Translations under genes and position numbers: made by a program
From: Candidatus Hodarchaeum mangrovi
GTDB taxonomy: Archaea > Asgardarchaeota > Heimdallarchaeia > Hodarchaeales > Hodarchaeaceae
Length of the DNA: 22,952 bases
Assembly (NCBI GenBank): GCA_016839515.1
Contig: JAEOUE010000117.1
Span: 1 to 22,952 of the forward strand
Direction: 5' to 3'
Notes under the pieces: generated by a model
The model's input: the letters and a program-made list of their open reading frames with translations, nothing else
Told to the model about the DNA's origin: nothing
Databases searched by the model: none
In this document: piece after piece, positions 8,059 through 15,185 of the stretch
Numbering within the stretch: position 1 is the stretch's first letter
Layout: each line of letters opens with the position of its first letter

Positions 8059-9978
8059 ATGGATGAAACAAAATGGTGGGAACTTTTGAAAGCTTCTGTC
8101 CGATCAACTATTGACGAATTGGATGTAACTCGAATTTCTGCTATAGGATTGTTTTCATCAGATAATTATTTTTTTCCGAATGAAACTCAACTAGAACCTA
8201 ATGTTTCAAAAAACTTAATACTACTCGGAAGAGCATGGTTATTCCTATCAAGGATTCTACAAAATGAGCTTCAGCTTAGCTATTGGGACTCAATTGCCAT
8301 TAGTGGTCGTTCAACAACGCTTTCATTTTTTTCCTTAGGATTTGATATTTATCTTTTAGTCGAACACGAATCTACTGTAGATCCACTTGATATTATCAAA
8401 ATGGTCTTGAAATTTGTATTTAAATATGGCTATCAAGAAGAATATGAAACAGTAGGATTAGTTGCTGCTGAAGGTTTTCCAATCTGGGTTTCTTCTATAT
8501 ATGATGTTGATGAATTTTTATTTGCTATATCCATTACTTCGTTACTTACTCTTATAGAGCGAATAGATATGGAAGTCAATGCTGGAGGGGTTATTTCCTG
8601 TATCCTTCAAGGCACTGAAAGTCTACGATTACATGTGTCATTCAATCCTTCTCAAGATATTGTTTTAGCAACAACGTTGTCGAAACATAGCTCCATTGTC
8701 TCTGAAGAAATTCCTGAAGTTAAATCTCTCCTTGGGATAATTAAAGATCCTGCGCTGTACCCAGCATTTGTTCCTGAGTTAAAAAATGAAGAACGAGAAC
8801 GAATGCTGAAAGAAATCCGTCAAGATTTTAATGGTGAAATAACGGAAGAAGAAATTGAGTCACTCACCTCCTTCAAAGAGGAGACTCTTCTTTCCATTGA
8901 AGAGGAAATTACATCGGTAGCTAGGAAATATAGAGCAAATGAGATTTCAGTCGGCTATCTAAGGAAGAGGATGAGACTTCCCAGTGAAGTCTTAAGCATG
9001 TCTTTGGAGTACTTAATAGCAACAGGAAAAATTTTAGGACGGATTGGACGGTCAACTATATCTGGCCAAGAAATACTTGTCTTAGATCATTTTACCCAAA
9101 AACAATCCATAGAAATTGATAGAATAAAAATAGTTCAAAGTCAGATTACTGATCTTTTCTTACCACTAGAGAATATAATATCCCAGCTCCCTGAAATTAC
9201 ACTAGAAGCTCAAAAACAAGAAATTCGGGATGCTCTATCCGAATATCAAATTATTCAGACTCTAGCTGATTCAGATCCTCTGTATCTTCTTACAAATGAG
9301 ATTCGTACAACAAATCAACAATTAGAAAATCTAGTTAAGGGATTAATCTTTTTAAAAAAACGTCTTACGAAGGTAAAAGAACAGGATATCTTACAAACTG
9401 AACTGAATAGAAGATATACTTTGTTAAATGACCGAATATATGCATTACAGATTGGTATTTATGGAAAAGTAGCTAGATATTTTGATGATTTGAAGAATCA
9501 TTATCAATTACTACTTAGATTAATTCCAACTCCTACATCATTTCCAATAGACTCAAATGAAGCGGAATCTCATTTAATTTTAGTTGAATTTCGTTGTCAA
9601 GCTCATAATTGCCTTCATAAGGGACAAATTCAAGACTATTATACGACATGGATTAAACTAGGTGTATTTGCCCGTTTCCTTGGTATAATTGAAGAATTTC
9701 CAGATGCAAATAACATAAAAATCATCCAGTTGAAAAATAACCTGATTTTATCAATAGAAAATCTTGAAAAGATGTCAAACGAAGTCGAAGTTGAAAAAGA
9801 AGTTGAATTTTATCCGTTTTTAAATGATTTAGATGATTTAATCATCTCAAATAACGAAAGAGAACGTTTAATTTCTCTTTTACAGGGAAATGCTTTAACA
9901 GAGTTTTTTCAATGTAGCACCTGCAATAAGTGGTACTGTAACAAACACATTAAAGAGAATAAATGTTTATATTGCTAA
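8059..9978 (+). CDS. Multidomain protein: tandem Roadblock-like domains, winged-helix-like segment, coiled coil, C-terminal Cys/His zinc finger
   Basis: aa ~126-215 (ETVGLVAAEGFPIW...FAISITSLLTLIERIDMEV...CILQG) is Roadblock-like, and aa 1-125 is a more diverged copy. aa ~280-345 (EISVGYLRKRMRLPSEVLSMSLEYLIATGKILGRI) is wHTH-like. A helical heptad-rich region follows, then CQAHNC and terminal CSTCNKWYCNKHIKENKCLYC. AGGAG upstream at 8044-8048. Confidence 0.65.
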   Translation: MDETKWWELLKASVRSTIDELDVTRISAIGLFSSDNYFFPNETQLEPNVSKNLILLGRAWLFLSRILQNELQLSYWDSIAISGRSTTLSFFSLGFDIYLLVEHESTVDPLDIIKMVLKFVFKYGYQEEYETVGLVAAEGFPIWVSSIYDVDEFLFAISITSLLTLIERIDMEVNAGGVISCILQGTESLRLHVSFNPSQDIVLATTLSKHSSIVSEEIPEVKSLLGIIKDPALYPAFVPELKNEERERMLKEIRQDFNGEITEEEIESLTSFKEETLLSIEEEITSVARKYRANEISVGYLRKRMRLPSEVLSMSLEYLIATGKILGRIGRSTISGQEILVLDHFTQKQSIEIDRIKIVQSQITDLFLPLENIISQLPEITLEAQKQEIRDALSEYQIIQTLADSDPLYLLTNEIRTTNQQLENLVKGLIFLKKRLTKVKEQDILQTELNRRYTLLNDRIYALQIGIYGKVARYFDDLKNHYQLLLRLIPTPTSFPIDSNEAESHLILVEFRCQAHNCLHKGQIQDYYTTWIKLGVFARFLGIIEEFPDANNIKIIQLKNNLILSIENLEKMSNEVEVEKEVEFYPFLNDLDDLIISNNERERLISLLQGNALTEFFQCSTCNKWYCNKHIKENKCLYC

Positions 9979-9994
9979 TGGAGGTATTAATTCT

Positions 9995-10780
9995 TTGAGT
10001 ACCGTTGCAGGTTTAGATATTGGATCACTAACTGCCAAAATTGTTGTATTAAAGTACGAGAATTCACATTTAATTAAAAAATATTCACAACTCCAAAAAG
10101 TGGGTTATAATCCATCAAAGATTGCTCAAAAATTGAAAAAAGAAAGTTTAAATGCTCTCAAACTTAAAAATTTTGATTACATTGTCTCAACAGGATATGG
10201 TAGACGATTAATTGATGCAGATAAGACTGTAACTGAGATTACATGTCACGCAAAAGGTGCACATTACATTAATCCGAAGGTGAGGACAATTATTGATATT
10301 GGGGGCCAGGACTCAAAAGTTATTCGAATAAATGAAGTTGGGCAAGTGCAAAATTTTGAAATGAATGATAAATGTTCCGCAGGGACTGGAAGGTTCTTGG
10401 AAGTTATGGCAAATGCTCTTGAAGTTGATATCACAGAATTTGGAACTCATGCCCTAGAATCAACAAATCCTGTTGCTATCTCAAGTACATGTACAGTTTT
10501 CGCAGAATCTGAAGTGATAGGACGAATTAATCAAGGTGTAAATCGAAATGATGTAATCGCTGGAATTCTTAGTTCAATAGCATCAAAAATATCTATGCTT
10601 GCTGCACGGGTAGGTGTTCAACCAGAAGTAATCCTAACTGGAGGCGTAGCTTTAAATCCAGGAGTAAGAATAATGTTAGAAAGAAATCTCGAGATTCCAA
10701 TTCTATTACCAGAAAATCCCCAAATTATTGGAGCCCTAGGTGCTGCACTCATTGCTGCTCAAAATATTGAAAAGACCTAA
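9995..10780 (+). CDS. 2-hydroxyacyl-CoA dehydratase activase (HgdC/BcrAD/BadFG ASKHA ATPase, [4Fe-4S])
   Basis: GLDIGSLTAK, STGYGR, EITCHAKG, IIDIGGQDSK, MNDKCSAGTGRFLE, SSTCTVFAESE, TGGVALN, GALGAAL. GGAGGT at 9980-9985 precedes the TTG start. Confidence 0.93.
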   Translation: MSTVAGLDIGSLTAKIVVLKYENSHLIKKYSQLQKVGYNPSKIAQKLKKESLNALKLKNFDYIVSTGYGRRLIDADKTVTEITCHAKGAHYINPKVRTIIDIGGQDSKVIRINEVGQVQNFEMNDKCSAGTGRFLEVMANALEVDITEFGTHALESTNPVAISSTCTVFAESEVIGRINQGVNRNDVIAGILSSIASKISMLAARVGVQPEVILTGGVALNPGVRIMLERNLEIPILLPENPQIIGALGAALIAAQNIEKT

Positions 10781-10797
10781 ATTGATGTGACACATTT

Positions 10798-11772
10798 ATG
10801 TCTCAAATATTTTCTGGATTAACAATCAATGATGTTCAAAATACTTACAAGCAGATCCGACCTTATATTCTCAAAACACCATTAATTAGATCGTTCTATT
10901 TAGAACGTAAAATTAAAAAGGAAGTATATCTTAAACTAGAATATTTACAACCAACCAGAAGTTTTAAAGTGCGAGGGGCTTGTTCAAAAGCCTTGTCATT
11001 AAATCCTGAGGAACTTAAACAAGGTTTGGTTACTGCTTCGGGAGGAAATCATGGTTTAGGGGTCTGCTATGCTGGTAAAGAATTAGAAGCTCCTACTACC
11101 GTTTTCTTACCCAATGGAACAAATCAAGAAACCATAGAAACAATTAAAAAATGGGGAGCAAAAGTTTTTTTGCATGGGAAAGCATGGGATGAAGCAAATA
11201 TTGCAGGTCAGAAATATGCAGTTGATAATGCAAAAACATATATACATGCTTTTGACGATATTGCAGTGGTAAGAGGACAGGGAACTATCGCCTTAGAGAT
11301 GTTAGAACAAAATCCTTTCCTTGATGCAATTATTGTTTCTGTTGGTGGAGGAGGATTAATAAGTGGAATTGGATTAGTTGCACGGCAAATGAAGCCCGAA
11401 ATTAGGATTTATGGAGTTGAAACTGTTGGTGCAGATGCTGTAACTCAAAGTTTTCATCAAGGAACACTTGTTGAACTTCCAGCGATTACAAGTATCGCTA
11501 AAACTCTTGGAGCAAAAAAAACCACTCAAGCAACCTTGGATCGTATCAATGCTGTAGTTGATGACATGCAGACTGTAACGGATCAGGAAGCACTCGATTC
11601 ATTGAAGATTATGCTGAACTATGAAAAAATCCTACTTGAACCTGCAAGTTCCTGCTCAGTAGCTGCATTATTACTTAATAAATTTAATTTTGAAGATATG
11701 GATCGCATCGGAATTATTCTATGCGGAGCTAATGTTACTCTTAATGAACTTAAAAAATGGAAAGTTGTATGA
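10798..11772 (+). CDS. PLP-dependent threonine/serine dehydratase (fold type II, no ACT regulatory domain)
   Basis: LKLEYLQPTRSFKVRGA (PLP lysine), TASGGNHG, GQGTIALE, VSVGGGGLISG, LEPASS, ILCGAN. 324 aa, catalytic domain only. Confidence 0.9.
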   Translation: MSQIFSGLTINDVQNTYKQIRPYILKTPLIRSFYLERKIKKEVYLKLEYLQPTRSFKVRGACSKALSLNPEELKQGLVTASGGNHGLGVCYAGKELEAPTTVFLPNGTNQETIETIKKWGAKVFLHGKAWDEANIAGQKYAVDNAKTYIHAFDDIAVVRGQGTIALEMLEQNPFLDAIIVSVGGGGLISGIGLVARQMKPEIRIYGVETVGADAVTQSFHQGTLVELPAITSIAKTLGAKKTTQATLDRINAVVDDMQTVTDQEALDSLKIMLNYEKILLEPASSCSVAALLLNKFNFEDMDRIGIILCGANVTLNELKKWKVV

Positions 11773-11805
11773 ATATATATTGACTTAAAAAGGAAAAGAA
11801 CTGTT

Positions 11806-12315
11806 ATGGATGTATTACAACTACTTAAAGGAAGAAGAAGTATTAGAAAATATTTAAACACACCTGTTGAAGACGAAAAAATTTTACAATGCCTTGAAGC
11901 AGCTAGATGGGCTCCTAGTGCTTCCAACAAACAACCATGGGAATTTTTAGTTGTGAAGAATAAAATGATTAGAGAAAAATTAGCTGAATTACATCCCTAT
12001 GCTAAATTTGTTGCACAGAGTCCTGTGGTCTTTGTTCCATTGACAAATCCGAAAATTCACCCGAAATATCACAAATCAGATACAGCATTAGCCACTTTAC
12101 AATTTATGATAACTGCACATGCCTTAGAACTCGGTACTTGTTGGGCAGGAGTCATTGGTACATCATTTGAAAAAGAAATAAAAAAATTACTTCATATTCC
12201 TGACCACCTCCATGTATTAGCTATTATAGCGCTGGGATATCCTGATCAGAAGAGAGAGTCAACACGAAAGGAGTTAGATACCCTTACCCACTGGGAATCC
12301 TACGGATTAAAATAG
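11806..12315 (+). CDS. Nitroreductase family protein (FMN-binding)
   Basis: RRSIRKY, AARWAPSASNKQPWEF, AHALELGTCW, IIALGYPD. Confidence 0.92.
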   Translation: MDVLQLLKGRRSIRKYLNTPVEDEKILQCLEAARWAPSASNKQPWEFLVVKNKMIREKLAELHPYAKFVAQSPVVFVPLTNPKIHPKYHKSDTALATLQFMITAHALELGTCWAGVIGTSFEKEIKKLLHIPDHLHVLAIIALGYPDQKRESTRKELDTLTHWESYGLK

Positions 12316-12334
12316 TAAAAATAATAATATGATT

Positions 12335-12406
12335 ATGGACCCCTAATGGTCGCAAGGCATATGTCTGAATTCGTGATGACTAAACAGTTCAGATTAAGGG
12401 GTTCAT
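12335..12406 (+). other. Structured element (three-helix RNA or terminator-like hairpin)
   Basis: ATGGACCCCT (12335-12344) pairs with AGGGGTTCAT (12397-12406). It encloses a GTC-GCAA-GGC GNRA hairpin and a GTCTGAATT/AGTTCAGAT stem. G-U pairs favour the + strand, and a U-rich tract TCTTTTCTT follows. Confidence 0.5.
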
Positions 12407-12447
12407 TCTATCTTTTCTTGAAAATAAACCCTAAACAGTGATTAATA

Positions 12448-13461
12448 ATGGGAAAGATAGCTTTCTTTGGTATTCTAGTAATAATATTATTAACTTTTTT
12501 TACTTTAAATAATTCTCTAGATCAAGTAGGATATTCGACTATTCTATATGACAATAAAAGAACTTTTTTTGTTTCTGCTGATTATAGACTGAATATAACT
12601 TATCCTAATGGTGGAGATATTATATCTGGAGAAATAACAATCAGATGGATAATGTTAGAAGAATTGGTAGATGACTCAATAAGTTATCAGGTTCATTATT
12701 CACCTGATGGAGGAAATAATTGGCTTATATTATCTGGAATTATATTCGAAACAATATTTGTCTGGAATACTACATTGTATGAAAGCTACTGTCCAGATTG
12801 TACCCTTAGAATTACTGCTCAGAGTAAGCTCTTTGAAGCTTTTAGTGTCGTTTCAGATAGTTTTACGATTGATAATAGAGAAATAAATAAGATAAATGAA
12901 GTTTTGACATTTATCATAATTACTGGGATTTTAATCCTTCTCGGATTTGGTATATTTCAATATCAAGCTAAATTTAGACAAAAAACATTTTTACAGGTAA
13001 TTCAATCAGAAAAACACGAATGGATAAAAATATTAAGTCAAAAAGTAGTTATTGGATTAGATAACATAAAAAATAGCTTTGTTGAAGAGCTTCCTGATTC
13101 TTTTTCTAATGAATCTTTATCACTTTCTTCTTCTGTTATAGATCTTTTTCCAATGAATATACGTTATGATTTACAGCATAATATTAAGGGGAGAACTATA
13201 TTAACTTTAGTAGAAATAGCCTATCAAAATCCCAGTGAAACTAATCCATCCAAAATTTCTAAAAGCCTTAATATTCCTCTTTCGACTCTTTCCAAGGAAA
13301 TTAAGAAGTTAATTGATTTGAATTATGTGGAATCCTATCTCACGAATCAAATGATACTTGATGCAAGATTTAAAAGCTTTAATATCACACCAAAAGGATT
13401 TAAATTTTTACTTAGTTTGGATAAAGTATTAAAAATTACTATAGATCGTTCAAAAAATTAG
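12448..13461 (+). CDS. Membrane-anchored one-component regulator: signal/TM, extracellular beta-sandwich, TM, cytoplasmic MarR-like wHTH
   Basis: Hydrophobic N-terminus; ITYPNGGD...ITIRW...YSPDGGNNW...WNT...LRITA...FTIDN Ig-like segment; TM VLTFIIITGILILLGFGIF; C-terminal NPSKISKSLNIPLSTLSKEIKKLIDLNYV...DARFKSFNITPKG wHTH. Confidence 0.78.
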   Translation: MGKIAFFGILVIILLTFFTLNNSLDQVGYSTILYDNKRTFFVSADYRLNITYPNGGDIISGEITIRWIMLEELVDDSISYQVHYSPDGGNNWLILSGIIFETIFVWNTTLYESYCPDCTLRITAQSKLFEAFSVVSDSFTIDNREINKINEVLTFIIITGILILLGFGIFQYQAKFRQKTFLQVIQSEKHEWIKILSQKVVIGLDNIKNSFVEELPDSFSNESLSLSSSVIDLFPMNIRYDLQHNIKGRTILTLVEIAYQNPSETNPSKISKSLNIPLSTLSKEIKKLIDLNYVESYLTNQMILDARFKSFNITPKGFKFLLSLDKVLKITIDRSKN

Positions 13462-13565
13462 TTTCTAAAATGAAACTACCCACATTATTTATTTTCTCAT
13501 TTTTATATCTCCTTAGTGATTAGATCAAATGGTTAAATCTGATTTAGAAGTAAGGAGAAGAAATT

Positions 13566-15158
13566 ATGAAAATAAATCTACATTCATTAAGGTTTGTGTT
13601 AGTGCCCCTAATACTGTTCACAATATTTTTGCAAACCTCTATTTTTGCTACTAGCAAGATATCTGCGAATACTGATAACTATATTCATTGTAGCTTTCTT
13701 GGTGGAAGTCAGGATGACCTCATCAGGGATATCGCAATAGATTCTGAAGGTAATTTCATTGTCACTGGAGATACAATGTCTAATGATTTTCCTATTACAG
13801 AGAATGCCTTCCAAAGTACCTTTGCTGGAGGAATACAGGATATACATACAGATAGCTGAGATACTTTCAGTTCTAAATTTAATAAATCAGGAGGTTTGAT
13901 ATGGTCCAGCTTTCTAGGAGGATCCAGTAACGATGGAGGAATGCATGTGGTAGTAGATAGTTTTGATAATATTTTTGTTGTTGGAGTAACAAATTCGTTC
14001 GATTTTCCCACCTCAGAATCTGGTTATAATGGCGCTACTGATGGATTTATCACAAAATTAGCTCCAAATGGAACAATGTTATTTTCTAAGTGTATTGGAA
14101 CAACAGGCGAGGAATATATTGAAGGATGTGTACTTAAGGGGGATGTTATTACCCTTACTGGTAGTACTAACTCACAAACATTTACTATCACAACAGATGC
14201 CAATCAAAAAGACTTTGGAGGTATAACTGACGGTACAATCGTACAAATAGATTGTAATAATGGATCAATCATTTATTCAAGTTTTCTTGGTGGAAATAAT
14301 TTTGATGTACTCGGGGAAATTTCAGTGAATACTAACGGTAATTTTATTCTAAATGGAATTTCTGAAAGTAATGATTTACCAATTTCAGATAATGCTTACT
14401 CTCAAGATATGTCAGGGCCAGGTAGAGATTTTTTTATTGCTGCGTTGAACCAGAATTTGATGATAGAATATTGTTCTTTTTTTGGAGGATCAGGAATAGA
14501 TGACTCTTTTGGATGTACAATAGATTCTGATAATAATCTGATCTTTAGTGGAAGGACTTGGTCTATTGATTTTCCAATCACCAATGCATATCAAGCTGTC
14601 TATGGTGGAACAGAAGGAAGTTTTGAGGGTGTTGATGCATTCATAGCTAAAATTGATCAGGTTACAGGTGATTTACTCTTCTCGAGCTATTTTGGAGGGC
14701 CAGAATGGGATACATTACATCACCTAGCTGTAGATGATGAAAAAAATGTTTATTCATGTGGGATAGCACCAACCGATGATTTTCCAATTATCAATGGATT
14801 GCAATCGGAAGTAACTGGCTTATCAGATATAATATTACTCGCTTTGACCCCTGAAGGTCAACCATTTTTTGGTACTTATCTAGGAGGTAATGGAATTGAT
14901 CATCCATGGAATATGAAACTAATCGACAATCTATTTTATATTGTTGGCCATACAAACTCATTTGATTTTCCTGTATCAGATGAGGCTTACCAACAAGCTA
15001 AAAATGGATTTGATGATGGATTCTATATTCGGTTTGATCTAAAGCAATATCTAGAAGACATAAGTCAAACTAGTAATACCTCACATAGCACTAGCCTAGA
15101 ATTTTCAATTATTTTCGTAATAATCATCTATTATATAAAGGGAAAAAAGAATAATTGA
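13566..15158 (+). pseudogene. Secreted/surface SBBP-repeat beta-propeller protein interrupted by one in-frame TGA (13857-13859)
   Basis: ORFs 13566-13859 and 13896-15158 share a frame and are joined by TGA GAT ACT TTC AGT TCT AAA TTT AAT AAA TCA GGA GGT (*DTFSSKFNKSGG). Repeats S(F/Y)(L/F)GG...D...TxSxDFP...DxFxxK occur on both sides of the stop. Signal peptide at the N-terminus; S/T linker, hydrophobic stretch and KGKK at the C-terminus. AGGAG upstream. May be a pseudogene, an assembly error or a recoded gene. Confidence 0.7.
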
Positions 15159-15185
15159 GATTAAATTACTATTTTTTTTCTTTTT

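Noticed and set aside
12329-12395. SECIS, hammerhead or c-di-GMP riboswitch reading of the structured element
   Set aside because: AUGA/GA spacing and helix 2 do not fit a SECIS, and the upstream gene has no in-frame UGA. The loop has GUGAUGA, not CUGAUGA with a matching GAAA. Resemblance to the GEMM GCAAAG segment lacks the rest of that fold.
13459-13478. Hairpin TAGTTTC-N6-GAAACTA as a terminator
   Set aside because: Weak AT-rich 7-bp stem with no adjacent U-tract.
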